Shown: positions 34,591 through 49,200, counted from the whole stretch's first letter. The stretch: DNA of 63,491 bases, filler included, from Sphacelaria rigidula (GCA_964200075.2; 11 parts of 11 records of this genome joined end to end with filler, not necessarily neighbours in it); one strand, 5' to 3'. Notes: generated from the letters alone by a model not told the origin. Program-made: numbers and translations.

Positions 34591-37500
34591 NNNNNNNNNN
34601 NNNNNNNNNNNNNNNNNNNNNNNNNNNNNNNNNNTTAATTAATTAANNNNNNNNNNNNNNNNNNNNNNNNNNNNNNNNNNNNNNNNNNNNTTGAGTCCCC
34701 CCGATTTTTTCAAAATCAGGGTCCAAAAAAATCGGGATTCGTTTGCCATAAAAGTGGGTCTAAGTGGCCACACAGGCGTAATTTTGTTGATTTAATAACA
34801 CCTGGGTCATACCACACATCCACACGATCCTCGACCTCACTACACACACCGAAGATCGGCGTCAGGTCTCGTGCAGGACATACCGACACGCCTAGTTGAG
34901 CGAAATACTACTCAAATCAGGACCATATTTTAGTCGCGTTGCATTCGATTATCGCGCGCGTCCGGAGGCGCGATCACTCATATGGAGTCGAGTGTGATCT
35001 GCTCTACGCAGAGCCTGATTTGCTGCTACGTACACAGTATTACCCACAAGCTTAAGTAGCGTAGAGTCGTGCTGCGGGTGTCCAGTGCTTACCGTAGGCT
35101 GCGAAACCAAATTGTTCCTAGAATACCGTAAATCATGGAACCACATGCGTAAAAATAGCGATGTCAATTGGGCAAGGGAAGGGATGGTGTGGAAAGGTGA
35201 TATCTGCCGTCATGATGGGCACAGCTCCCAGACGGCTACAATCCACACTATATCCCGGTGCTTGTTGGGCTGCTCCCTTGAGCGTGTCGGGAGATTATGC
35301 GAGAGAGCTGGCTCCAATCGTCCGTGTGCGTCGTCAGTTGAAGGTCGTGATTGAGCAGGTTAATCGGACACAGCTGCCGCGTGAAATTACAGCAAAAATC
35401 TCGTATGGACAGACAGCTTGGACATTCCTTCCCAAATATTTTTTATAACCCAACCTCCCATGCTCCATCTAAAAAGTGGTCTGATTAGTGTCGCAAATCG
35501 CAAACCCGTCAAGCAGCGATCTAGGACACATATGATGCTTAGCTGCCCTCCCCGATGCAGCAATCGGGTCAGAGTAAGGCGACATCTAAGATAACGGGTT
35601 AACCTTCGACCGCCAGGGTTGCTGGCTCATCGGTTGAATCGTCATAACGTTCACTTGAAGGATGACCATGAGACCCGAATCACCCACCCTGGTGGTCAAA
35701 CGTTTGAACATGATACTGGAGGTATAGCACTGTTGAAAACTAGTGAGCAATTTTTGGCCGAACGTCCAAGGGCTCGGATAATTTTCTTCGCTTTTTGCAC
35801 GTGGTGAGCCTAGTTCCCTTACATTATATTGCGACGAAGACTGCGTTTGCTTGATCCTCGCCGACTAGCACCCACCTGTTTCTACCTGCACCCTGTGCGA
35901 CATGTGGCTGTTTTTTGCATCCTTGTTGCACAAGTACTGATGTCTCGTAGCGAAAAACTGAACCCTTCGAGCACCCCAAGCTAACTGTTTCTGAGTACTT
36001 TTCTGTTGGCGTGCTCTCGATTTGGCAGGGGGGAGGGGGATGTGGGCGGAGCAGAGCAGAAGGTTGCAGTTGTCGACATTGAGGGATGAGACCTATAGAC
36101 ACATGCATCAGTTGGGCTTATATATATATTCAGCCGTGAGCGAGTAGGAGCAGTTCTAGATTTTACGGTAGGACTGTCCAGTGGCGGTGTCATAGCTGTT
36201 CATGACTACCAGCTAGCTTTTGGGGGGATCAGCGTCATCACGATGCAAGATCACACGAAGTAGCGAATCCCCAGGCGATGCCACGTCTTGGAATATCTCA
36301 AGGGTGCGTGAGCTGGGGTATTTCCTACATTTGGATATTTTGAACAATCGTACTCTGAGAACGCAAATCTTGGGTGGAGTATTTGGATCCTACTCCACAA
36401 TACCCAGATATTGGGTATAGTAATGCGATTATGCCTACTGTAACTTTCCCCAATATGTGGTGATCGGACCATAGCAACACAAAAGTCGGGAGAGTAAAAA
36501 CCCGGGTACTTTCCCTGCCCGAAACACCCTTGAAATATTTCTCACGTTCCCTGTGCTACAGGGGCGATCACCTCCGCTCATTTTGGTCTTCGCTGGTCAC
36601 AGCCAAAATTGTGACGGGAAAATGGGGCATGCCAACCACCTCCGTAGCCGCAACTCCCTCCCCTGTTTCTATACAGGCGATGCCTGTCCTTCAGGAACAA
36701 AACTATTCCAAATCCCCTTTGGTGCCCGTTTAACTAGCGTCCAGTCAGAAATCTGAGCGTGACACGAGATGGCGGCTGGAGGAACAGACTTCGTTTCGAA
36801 GCATTATTTACGACGGGTATTCCCGCGGAACGATTTTCGAGAGGGTGCTCTGAGAACCGAACTGAAAATCAAGGACTCGCGTGCTGCACTGGAATCGATA
36901 CAAACAACAGATATGAGTTTACTTGGTTTGTAAACTAGAATACATGTCGACTGTTGATGCCCCCACAGGAGTCGAGCAAGGGATATTGATAAAAGTCTAC
37001 TTCACGTTATCACGGCCGTTGTGACCAATTCGAGTGCGCCCGCGTGCTTGTGTGCAAGAGCGTGACCTCGGGCTTGGCGTTATTCTTTAGGGAAGCGATA
37101 CCGATGGGCGTGACGTCTAAAAATTGTGACGTGAGCGAGTGGTTGGTACAACTACTATAGTTCGAAACTATTGCTTCAGGTTGCGTGCAAACCCTGTTGT
37201 GGGTATTGATCATGGTCCTGACCCCTAATTGTTTTTTCTTGCTTCTTCTGTCTCTGTGAATCCGATGTGTCTTAACTGGTAGGACGAGAGGTACCGGCAG
37301 AAGCTGAGCTGGTGCGCGCTGGATGAAGGTGCGTTTGTACACACACGAGGTTTTACATGCGTGCTCAACTCTGCTCCTGCAAAAAAATAGAGTTTTTACT
37401 CTGGGGGCGTTCTTATGGTGACCGTCTGGGCGTCAAAAATCCCTTCCGATGGATCCTAGGTTGACTAGTTTGAATATGTGATGAGCACTTGCTTTTGCAG

Positions 37501-38127
37501 GGCATTTATACTGCGGTCGAAGCTTCGACTGACCATGGAATATCCGGTAGGCGCTGTGACTGGTGAGTAGTTCTTGCAAATCAGAGAGGAGCTGCTCAGC
37601 TGAAGTGTCGGGGTTACCGTATGATATTGTTCTGAAACGAGGTCTTGCGGCGAAGGGGTCAAGATTTAAGTCGATTGTACCTTTTCTCCACAGTCAAAGG
37701 GCTATAACTGCTCGTAAGCTAGCATGGAAAAATAGCACGTCCCGGCCCACATTCGACCGCTGTCGACAAATCAAACTCTGGCGTACCCGCAAAAATTCCG
37801 TGAGCAAGCATGATCCCTTCGGTTTTCCCCTGTCGGGCGCCTTTGCCGCGACGACAATGGTGGCTAACTACATGTTTGAAATGAAGTTATGGTACAGGGA
37901 AAAAAGGCCGACAAGTTGCCTCCCATGGTTTTTGTTGATCGGCAAGATTTTTTGGGTTCGTGTATCCGCTGCGCTCGTTGCTGTAACTGGTAAAACACTA
38001 CTCAAAGATGAATCAACTCCCCCCCCCCCCACTGTCTTCTCTCCTTCGTTCCTTTCCGCACTCATCAGAGACCGGAAAGTTGGACTACCTGACGGAGGGA
38101 GGACTTTCTCCCAATAACGGTAGACGG

Positions 38128-39168
38128 ATGTCCACCTCTTCTGTTGGGTCTAGGTCTCAGGGTGGCGACCGGGATTCCCTGCTGCCGACATGGGACGCTC
38201 TAAAGAGCAATGCCTCCGAAGGGGGCAGCAAGTCGGGAGATGGTGCGGATGATGACTGCATGTCGTCGTCTGTACGGGAGGTATGCACGCCGTTGATGGA
38301 GGGAAAGCGGGGAGAGGAAGGGTTCATTGTATTTTTGAGCAAGGGGTAATATTCGTTGGCATGCTGTCAGCAGATGATGAGAAGCAGTGTCGTAGACTTG
38401 CTTGCTTTTTGTTTAGAGCGAGGCTGGGTGTCTTGTTTCAATGATTGTGGAAATATCACCATGTGGGGCAGCGAAGCTGGCGCGGATGAACGTGCAATGG
38501 TGGAGGGTACCATGAAGGTCATGTCCTTCGAGGGAAGCGAGAAGGAATTTTCCGTCGGCGCGTTGTGTCATCTATTTTTGTGTCTTGTGTGTATGTTTGT
38601 GTATGTCAACGTGCCCCGTCCCTTGTAGCTTGATAATCAAGCAAAATCTACGAAACCTGTTACTCGAGTACACAGACCCTAACGCTCCACGATGAAAGCG
38701 CCCGGTTTCGCATAGTTTTAGACGAACCACATACCTACTGCCCATGATGATGAGCCACGAGCATACGTCACCATCACGACCATCAACAGGAACAGCATGG
38801 GACGGTTTAAAACACGTTTTTGTTGCGCCCTTTTCGCTCCTGATCCACGGCAATCATGACGATGACGACGGCGATGACGGCAACCAATGACAACGTCGTG
38901 GGGCGCCCGCTTGACCTTTGCTTTACCCTTTTTTCTATCGCTAACACCAACTCCAACCATCATTAACTGACACAGGACGCTGCCGGGGCGTCGCCGGCTG
39001 CATCGTCTTCTGGCCGCGGCTTGGGGGTAAGGACCCCTCCTCCTTACGGGTCAGGGAGAGATTCACCCTCCTCCGCCCTCGACGATGGGAGTGGAAGTGC
39101 TGGTCGATATACCCCCGGCAACAAGCCTAGCAGCGGTCGATCGTGGGTCACGCCCAAGTTTGTCATGG
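38128..39168 (+). CDS. 5' exons (38128-38280, 38976-39168) of an unknown protein with a Ser/Gly-rich, probably disordered N-terminus
   Basis: ATG exon ending GAG|GTATGC; next exon after ...actgacacAG in the same phase, ending G|GTGCGT. Reads MSTSSVGSRSQGGDRDSLLPTW...|DAAGASP...RSWVTPKFVM. Confidence 0.55.
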
Positions 39169-40892
39169 GTGCGTCGATGCTTGCGGTTGGAAGTGGGATG
39201 TGTCGGGAGAGGGCGATGTTGGGGTTAAGCTGATGCTCGTTTTTCTGTGCAACGGCCTGTGTGCGATGTGACCTACTAATACAGCCTTGATTTCATATAT
39301 CAGATGGAACCTATCACACATGTTGTAGAACGGTTATGTTGGACACACACAATAAACAGCGGGAAATACATCAGGGCAAAACGTGTTGGCATGCTAGACA
39401 CATGCTGCGCGCGCCATGCATGGGAACTATTTGCTGTGATAACACCAGAGTTTGTTCGTTATCTAACGAATCTCGCCGAAGCGTAACTACCGGCCCATCA
39501 CGTGGTATACTCGCAGAGGCGCCTGTCGTCTTTCTGGATACTCCGATGATTTTTCTCTGCTACTTGGGGATGTTGTATGACCGTCGCTTCGTATCCGATT
39601 TGGTTCGTTCGCTGTGTTGGTTGATCTGATTTGTTTGTTTCACCACACCTCGACAAACTCGCGAGGGGGCTTTTTTCTTCAATTTTCTCGACGCCTCCCT
39701 CTCATTTTTCAATATATCTATGGTTTGGTGTTTCGGCGTCTCAGAAGGAAGTGCTCGATGAGCGGTGCTATCTCATAAAAGGAATAGTTGTGACGGTACC
39801 GGGAAGGCGAACCTACCTCTGTAACCCCGGGGATCGAGAGATTGAGCGAAATAGCGTAAATAACAAAAATACTGAAACGGCACGTCAGCTTGTCGCACAC
39901 AACTCTACCGTGACTTCACCACCCCCCTCGCCCACAGGGCTGTGTCTTAAATCTTGGTTCGCTGCACTACTCTCTTACCTATATACCTCATTCTGTAGTA
40001 AGGGGTTTGATGACACGAGGATAAAGATCTTGTGCTTGTGTGTGTGAGGGGAGTAGAGGTTTGACTCACTGACGCCAAGCGTATATGTTCGTCTTACTCA
40101 CTGCATGTACGGTCGTCTGCGCCGCTTTCTGCTCGGTATGTGGGCTATGTTCCGACCGTGTGCCTCGACGTGCTCGCTGACGAAGCACGCCTTTATTTCT
40201 TTCGTCGCGGAAAAGGTTGGCGCCGACTCCAGTTTCCTCTGCTCACTTATCGTATATTTTAAACATCGTTTATTTCTTGCCCCCGGTGCGCGTTCCCCTC
40301 CGGCGCTTCGCGCTTGGTGATTGAGTGCGAGCCTGGTCCGGCGAAAACCCGGCGTGCTCCGTCCCGACTTTNNNNNNNNNNNNNNNNNNNNNNNNNNNNN
40401 NNNNNNNNNNNNNNNTTAATTAATTAANNNNNNNNNNNNNNNNNNNNNNNNNNNNNNNNNNNNNNNNNNNNGTTCTCATCCTCAATGAAAAGCACCATCC
40501 TCAACATAGATGATTGGCTGTTTGGAGGTGCATCCGTATTCCTTTTTTTTTTTCACGGACTTATAACATTTTTCTAGTTTTTGCAGAAACTTCAAATTTC
40601 TTTACATGAAGCGGGATGTTATATTTTTTCAACCTCAAGAAATGTTGTGCGTAGTGATAATAAAAATGTTGTTTCAAAATGTCAGCGCCCAACTCTTCGA
40701 ATTACCCACAGCATCGCCAAATTACATTCAAAATCACTGTCGGCTTGCCCAGCCTGCAAGTGATATATCAGGCGAACGTTGGCCCGGATCAACCTGCCCC
40801 GCTTGCTCATTCGCACGGGTGGGTGTGCACAGCAGCAGCTGATCGCATCCTCCAACGCCTCGGCCGTAAACTAGGCGACAGCATGCTGAACC

Positions 40893-40939
<47 letters not shown>

Positions 40940-43900
40940 GCCCCCGGCACGCGCCCCCCCCCCCCCGTCGCGCCCCCGCCCGCCCCGCCCCCCCCCNNNN
41001 NNNNNNGGGGGGGGGCCCCGGAGGCGCTTTTCCCCACCCCCCACCCCCCCGCCCGAAAACTGGGGGCAGCCTTGTTGACCCCTGCCCCCCCCCCCCCCCC
41101 CGATGTATCCGGAAATGGTTTGTGGACGGACCCTGAGTCCCCGCTCCGTCTGTTCGTAGTGTCGCCGACACCTGAAACACCATCGCTTATACCACTGCGT
41201 TCCTGTCGGCGACATGTACCAGTTGTCACGATTGTGATACCATTACCCACACCACCACAACCTGTTCACGACAGTGTCGCAAGTTTGGCATCCTGTCGCC
41301 CGGCTTGTTGTCATAACGTGACCTCCAAAAATATCGTATTCCGTCCGAAGCTTGAGCAAATATGAGACCTCTCACACACCGCACCACGAATAAATGAGGA
41401 GAGGGTAATCTCAGGGAGGGCTGTTTGTCCTCCTTGGCCAGGCGTCTGTTGGATGTTCATTCAGGCTACCCCAACTACGCCTTATCGGTATCCCTAACCC
41501 AGCACGATTCCAACCTACGACGTCACGTACCAGCCACAGACAGATCGAGGAATTATCCATACCAAGGCTTCTGGATGGCAACCTCTGAAATTTTGGTTTT
41601 TAGGAGGTTTGAACTCTTCAGGAACAATCACTGTCGTCACCGTCGCATGTACCTCAGATATGAAAAATGGATTATCTCACCGATATAGTGTGAAAGGTAC
41701 CGCGACCTTTCCTTGTATACTGTCACTCGGACCTGAATTGTACTGTCTGTACGAACAAAAAACAACCAAGCGGATTTTTCATGGAGGCAGCAGCGACCGC
41801 CGCATCGCGTTTTCCACCTCGGATTACAGACTTCGACCGATCGACATGGCGGCCAGAGCAGCCGCACCCGGGATCCTTTGGGGGCATGGTGGTGCCAACG
41901 GCCGGTGTTGGCATGCGCCCATCCAGTAGACACTCTCATGTGTATCGTGTGTGCTCGTATCTCATCTTCTTCGTAAGCCCTCTTCACACGAAGCCACGCT
42001 TGAATTGTGTACGTGGGCGCGGCGGTTTTGTATCCTGTCGAAGTGAAGAGTACAGTACTTCACAAGAGAAACGTGCGACGGCGGCTGAAAAACATCGTGA
42101 ACACCGCACTTTGATGAAGGCCGCCGTTGCTCCGAGGGTATACTCGTATTCCTAACAGCCATCATAGATACCGCGTGGAAGCTGCGCCGCATTTCAGCTG
42201 TGGGTTTGATGCTAGGGGGACGGGGGGGGTGACTGCTTGTATTTGTCGACGGACGAACGGGTGACACGTGAAATGTTGAGGCTTGTCATGATGTGTGGAC
42301 AACAAATGACATCTACAACAGGGCAGCCAGGCGCAGCAGGTTTTTTGTGTCGTGTTTGTCCTGCTAACCCTAATGACGCGCACAGAGACTCCCAGCACAT
42401 GTGTGGCTCATTCGGAGGACATCTGTCATCTTCTAGTCGCGTTAGAATTTCAGGAGCGTCGACAAGAAATTCGCTTGGGCCTTGCATGCCGTCGCTGCGA
42501 GTGATTTTTGATGCCCAGAAGTAGTACATAATACTCTCGGAGATAACGGCGAAAACGTTTTCACCTTTACCCCCTTTTATCGCGATCGAAAGCGCAGACA
42601 CTTTCATATGCATCATGACATGGGCTCATGGCGGGTGTTACGGAAAACTCGAGCAAATGTAACGGAAGTTATTATTAGGCTCGATTTTTGTTCCTTCGGA
42701 CTCGAGGAGTCTGTAATGACGAAAATCAGTTGCAACACAGGCGGGGGCGTCAAAATAAAAACATCATGTACCGAACAATGTGTTGTGTATGTTTTTCTGT
42801 AGTACCATACTGTGGTGTACTGTGTAGTGTGATGCACTGTGCTGTACCACTGTAATGTGCTGGATGCACTGTACCGTATACTCATACTGTTACTGCGTGC
42901 GTGTGCGTTGTATCATCTGGCACAGCTGCTACAACTTGAAGCAGATGAAAAAGCGAGAATGCAGCGCCCTCAAACGAACTGGTCACGGCGAGTAAACCCT
43001 AATGGCCTTCCATGTCCCTCACCTTCTTCCAGCGAAAGCCACAGTCATCTCTGTTTTATCCCACATTCGGGCGGGTAAGACAGCACGCGTAACAGTATAC
43101 ATCCCATACGTGGCTCATGTATGTACATCATAAGCAGCGAGTACGCGTGGCGTTATTTGAGCAGACACGAGGTGCACGCGTTTTCCCACTTCACAAGCAG
43201 CGAGCTAGCTATCGCGGACATCACTATTAGACCTCACCGGCGCATTATTTCGGCGCACGACCTTTTCAGGAAGAACACCTGCTGGGCATCACCCACGCAC
43301 TAGTTCAAATATATAGTTGATACAAAAATATTGAACGCCCATGATGAGCGTCCATCATGTGCCGGCTGTGTTGGCGTGAGCGTCACCCGCTGCTGGTGTA
43401 TAGTGAATCAACAAGTGAACCCGCTCCACCAACACCACGCCAAACCACAGCAAAGAGGCAAGTCTACGCAACTCTTGCGCAGGGAAGATACATCATACTC
43501 AATGTTCCCGGTACATTTGACAGTAACTTACTGTTGAATTCACACCGGCAGCCTCGAGTTTGAGACACATCTAGTATCCGTCTTTCTATACGCGCAAAAT
43601 ATGTGTAACAGTACAGCAATCACAACGGCAAGTCTAAAGCAACCCGGCGCCGGCCTTCTAGCAATCCATCATGCCCCCGCACCGTTGACTTGGTGCCAAG
43701 CTATCACCAGAAATCTCAGGCATCGACCTCCTACTCACTTGTTTGTTTTCCGTAGCTCGTGGGTTTTACTACGCAGAGCCGCGAGCTGTCTCCGTCGCAA
43801 AGATCATGGGGCAGTGTGCTGGCTCGTCGACTGAAACGAACAAAGTCGCTCATCACTGTATGCAGCGTGACTTGAATAGAAGTGCTTCCGTGATTAATAT

Positions 43901-44366
43901 TTTGAATCTTTATTCGCACAATGTGAACAACGACCACGAACGCGGCAACGCATACATTTCTCCACGTAACAATTAATCTCCGGTCTATCCTTTCTCCGAA
44001 CAGTATCGGTTCAGTGATGATCGATTCAGTGATGATCGGTTCATTTAGTGGACCGATTATCGTGCGACAGCGAAGACTTTGAGATACATGTTCACGATAG
44101 AAGAAGTCCTACAGATGAAAAAATACATCAATAATGTGTTGGCATATTCGGAATCGAATGGATTTCCTTGCGGGCAAAAGATGGATCGCCACGACGCACT
44201 TCGTACTGGCTCACGTAGTATGTTGCCGATGCTCCACAGAATGAAATGTTACTTCTTGAGACCGATTACTCCTGCAGTAAAGGCCTCAATAGTAATACAC
44301 ACCTCGCCAAAATAAGGTCAATTTATTCACTACAAAAAGCAGGAGATCCTTGGGACATCATTGAAA

Positions 44367-44475
44367 TTAACCCTTAGACCGCGCAGGTTAGTCTTCTGTT
44401 GGATCGGCATCAATTCCAAGTGAAAAATGAATTATGCATGGTCCAGAAAGACTAATCTCGCGGTCCAAGGGTTGA
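44367..44475. mobile_element. piggyBac-type MITE copy
   Basis: TTAA-cccttagaccgcg...cgcggtccaaggg-TTGA. Confidence 0.7.
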
Positions 44476-44732
44476 GGATGGACCTTTCCATCGAGGATGA
44501 AAACGCGGAGAATGAAGATCTTCGCATCCACCAGGGGGCAGCGTAAAAACAAATTGTGGACATGTAGGCCCCAATATAAAAAAATTGAGGTTTTGAGAGG
44601 AGGGGGGGGGGGGGGGGAGCCCCCAGTATGTGTGCCCCGGGTTTTTTGCCAAGGGGTGGGGGGGGCGGTTCGGGGCCCNNNNNNNNNNACGAAAAAAAAC
44701 TATTTTTAAACAGAAAGCAAAAAAAAGAAGGG

Positions 44733-44766
<34 letters not shown>

Positions 44767-45034
44767 AGCACCCAGTCGTCTGTGCCCTGGTTTATTGCCC
44801 AAGCGTTGGCGGATGCGCTCAGCTGCCATGAACAGAGATTCTTGGCATGGGGACCTGAAGCCATCGGGATAGATCGGGCAAGGAGCAGAAGCAAATTTTA
44901 TATAAACCGCGCAAAGCCCAGAAGACTTTTCGATTTTTGTCAGTGTCTATTGATCAATTTCTTGGAACAAAATCAACAACAAAAAAAATGGGACAAATGA
45001 AAAAAAAATGCCCTCCAGTATCTGAGGTCATCGG

Positions 45035-45110
45035 TGTAATGCGTGAGAGGACCTCGTGCTCAGTGAACCGCATCGGAATTTGAACACCCCGTTGGTTAGG
45101 GCCAGGGTTA
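45035..45110 (+). mobile_element. Telomere-repeat-bearing MITE, left part only
   Basis: tgtaatgcgtgagaggacctcgtgctc...ggaatttgaacacccc...ggttagggccagggtta, then interrupted. Confidence 0.8.
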
Positions 45111-45112
45111 AT

Positions 45113-45906
45113 GCCCGTCTTAGCACTTGTCTTTTCGATCGAAAAAATGAGGCGGTGGAATCGATCTGAGCGAAAATTTCTTGTTTTGATGCAGTTGGGT
45201 CCGGGTGGATTTTTAAAGCTTTCGATCGAAAAAATACAGTGAAATTCGTGAAACGGTACATGGTCTGTACTGTTTGTCCTGCTTGCAAGTAGGGTGTCTT
45301 GAGTGCGTGTGTGTGTTTTGTACAGGAGAAGATCAAGGGGAAGCGGACAACGTCCAGTGCAGACAGCCCAGGACTATCATCAGTTTTCTCTGCTTACAAT
45401 GCAACGTGAAAATAAGTTTAGCAACGTGCAGCTTTGCACTGCCTGCACTGACCACGAGCGTGTACGCAACTCGGTTGCCCATCGTACCACGCAGTTCCGT
45501 CCCTGATGCCTACCATGAGAGAAGATGCGCAAGTTTTCGCCAACAAAAATAAAGCATACCCAACTACTGTCGTGTATCTATTCCTGTGCTCAGCTCGTGC
45601 TCTATGCTGTAGGGTTGCTGTGGTACCTGAGCATGAATTGGATGTAGTATGCATGGTCCTGTGAAGAGGTGTTATTTGGCGTGGTGGTCTGTAAGATATG
45701 AGTCAAGTGCCGCTTCGTGCCTTTTGACCGCGTGTTTTCGATCGAAAACGATTCTTGTTTCCCTCGATGCATTCTTCTCCGCGCGCCGCTAATTATAAAT
45801 TTTGAGTTGAAGTCTTCAAGGAACATGAATGCGGTGGACCTATGAGGTCAGCCAAAAAAAAATCGATCGCACTTTTTTGATCGAAAAAAAAAGTGCTAAG
45901 GCCGGA
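45113..45906. mobile_element. ~790-bp non-autonomous DNA transposon with TIRs
   Basis: cttagcactt.t.ttttcgatc.aaaaa at left is inverted as tttttgatcgaaaaaaaaagtgctaag at right. The left arm is homologous to 1-96. Confidence 0.6.
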
Positions 45907-46251
45907 TGCTATGACAAACAGAATTTTGGCCCAAGGATTGTTCACCTTGGGGACATTTGACGCCCCTTTTGACCCCCAAACAGAGAAGGTCGCCAACACA
46001 CGTCTTCTTGGACTCTTTGCATCACCCCACAGAGAGGAACCTTGTACACTTTTCAAATTCGCTTGGCTCCGAGGTTTCGAGATTGGTCGCTGAACAAAAA
46101 TTCGTGTGCGAAAATCCGTGCTTGCCGACCCCCGCCAGTTTTCCCAATAATNNNNNNNNNNNNNNNNNNNNNNNNNNNNNNNNNNNNNNNNNNNNTTAAT
46201 TAATTAANNNNNNNNNNNNNNNNNNNNNNNNNNNNNNNNNNNNNNNNNNNN

Positions 46252-49200
46252 CGTTGTCGTGTACGTCGCCGTTCATGGACTCCATGATGGCAATACCCGC
46301 ATCCTGCATGTCGTGTACGTAGTTGTTGTATACTTCAAAGTCGTCAGAACTGCGGTGGAGGAAGATACCGGCGGCTGCTTCCCCTCCATCGTATACTTCG
46401 TTGTCGTGGATCAAGACATTGTTGCAGCGCTTGGAGGCGATGATACCTGTAGATATGACAATGTCATGGCGGACATTCATGTCATCGAGTCATGTTTGAC
46501 ATCATACGATGCATCAACAGAACATGACCCCACATCTCACCTAGTGAAGAAATGGTACCCCCTGGTGAGCTGGGGCACTCAACGAATGGTCCGCAATGAG
46601 GACTCTCGTCAGTTAACTCACCATGGTTGCCGTTGCCGTAGACCTCGTTGTCGGCGATCTCGAGGTTGTCGGAGTCATCGTGGGGGTCGAAGCCGTAAAG
46701 GATGTTGTCGTGCATCTTGTTGTTGGTCCACACGCCTCCATCATGGCCGTACGAATACATACCGTAGTACATACCGTAGATGTTGGATCCCTGGATATCA
46801 CCGTACACGTCCACCTCGTCGACCACTTCGGGGTTGGACTTATCAGGTGAGGCCGTACGACTCGCTGTCGAACCATCCCAGGTCTCCCATCTCCGAGTTA
46901 ATGATGTCCTGCACAGAGAAATCGCAAAAAACGTGGAGTAGATCAGGTTATTCCCATGCAGGAGGAACTCAGGCGTAGACACTTTTTGAGGTGCACGACG
47001 CCATTAGTGAAGTGAATGCGCGAGTTGCTAGACCATATAGAATTCCACCATGTCCACCGACCGTGCCGTCCCGGCTTCTTGCTCACCATGCGGCATTCGC
47101 CTAGATCGTTCTTGGCACATTTAGCGCTCTTCGTCTGGACCTCAGAAACGCAGTTGATGAACGAACGCCCGCCCTTGTACGACTTTTGCTGTTTTCCACT
47201 TTTCGTATCCCACGAGGTGACCTGGGTGTAGTGCACACATGGGACGGAAGTGGGATCTACTTGGCACCCGTGACGAATACACCCATAGCCACTGTGATCG
47301 CATCCAATAAGTGGACACACCACCAGGTATCCATACCACACGAGCCTCATTGTGGCTCGGATATGTACTCGGCAATTTCCGTGTTTTTAGATGCTGAGCT
47401 CCTCGTATGAAGTACTGTTCTCACCTTGGTGCCAAGGAACGACAAGCTTCCTCCGTGGCCCCTGACCTCGTGGAAAGATTTGGAACCATCGGATTGGATC
47501 CGCAGTACGTCACAGTCACCTCCATCAGAAACGCCATGGCATTGGAACACGGCACCATCGTAAACGAATAGAGAACTCGTGAGCAGCCAGTAACCGGTGG
47601 GTTTACCGCCTACAACCTTGTCATCTTCGTCCAGAACCTTGACCGGCCCATTTGGGAAAGCAGCGTAAATGTCGCTGAGAGTACCGCACCCTCCAGTTTC
47701 GATATCTGCAGGCCACAGGGGTAGAGGTGTAGAGCAACGGAGGCGAGACAGGTTACAGGATACACCGTCCGTCACATGAAGGAGCTCGAGAGGCAATGGG
47801 CGTCCCGTCCGGGAAAGAGCACGCCATCTACAAGAAAGCCCTCCCAAAAGGTAGTACACTGGTACATCACGGGGGGTGTTGTTGACCTCATCTCACCGCC
47901 CGTTCAAATTATGGACGGGAACCCGGAGAATCAAAATCTTCGTACACATACGAGTCTTCAAGTGTGGCTCCACTCTTGCACCTTCAGGTGGCGGTTGGTA
48001 GCTACTACGCGCCGTATAAATGTGGACTTCGAATGACCGAAATATTGGGGTCATGACAGAAAAAAACAATTTCGGGGAAAATCGAGGCCATGACATTGTT
48101 TGATGTCGATTTCAGATCGATTGAGCTCACCCGGACGTCAAAGAACGGAAGCCGGGGACCGTGCACCCCTCAGACCTGTGGTATGTATATCGTATCTCAT
48201 TTCATTTTTTGCGCAACAGAAATGGCACCTCACGATTTTGTACAGCATCCATTACCCGTCGTGAGTCCCGGTACAGCCTTAGAAAACATTAAAAAATGGT
48301 TCGTGTTTCCAGAGAAAATGAATCCAAAACGGAGATCCAGCGCTCGTGAAATTTGTCATCCCTCGATGTATATCGCCTCGACAAGTTTCTCACACATAGT
48401 ATTCGATGAAGACGCCCAGCGATAGGTCGCGGAACCCTTGCAGGAATTGCTAGGGGCCGTCGTTGGCGCCTTCTCCGAGACGGGCTTGGTTGCATCAGTC
48501 CCTGATCGGACGTGGACGTACCAACAATGGACGGCGAGTGGGGACAGGTTGAAATACGGTGTATACGCGACATGAGTCCCACGTGACGTATCGTTACAAT
48601 GTCAAGGAATGACATGGAATATGACTCGGGTCAGCAGGAATTAACCCAGTGCTCGTCAGCGCTATGAGGGTGCGTAATACATACTTCTACTTGCCGTTCA
48701 ACACCATGTGGAAGAGCGTCAGAAGTCAACATTTTCCACATTCGTTCACCCAACGACCAGCGATTTTGATGAAAGTGCTCGGGAATATCTCGGTAATACC
48801 ACCAGGGCGTCAGCATGGGGTAAAATGCCGCGGGCCTCGATATTCTTTTCATCTCACCAACGTCGTAGGCATTGAATGCCAACTTCCCGCCGCAAAGCGA
48901 ATCTGGGTCACCGGCGCATGGCATATCGCAAACGGGGTCACGGAGACCTTTGTATACATCCAGCTCCACATCGGCCGCTCCGCACCTGGGGGGGATGGGT
49001 ATGGGACGGGTAGTTTGATCATCCTCCGAGGTGAGATCAACAGTTGATGTGAGCATCATCGATGATGGGTCACATTCTCTACCGTTTAGCACGTGTCTCA
49101 CGCGATGGTGTGGAATGGAGGGCCCCTTCCACAAGAGTCAGTTAGGGTACCTGCAGAAGGAATAGTCGTGTGCGACAATGCGCTGGTCCATGGTTTGTAG

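Noticed and set aside
40679..41365. Poly-Pro/poly-Gly ORFs (also 7395-7903, 44452-44872, 51601-51987)
   Set aside because: They derive from poly-C/G runs next to N gaps, typical low-quality sequence.
46259..46978. 239-aa plus-strand ORF
   Set aside because: It is the antisense shadow of epimerase exons.
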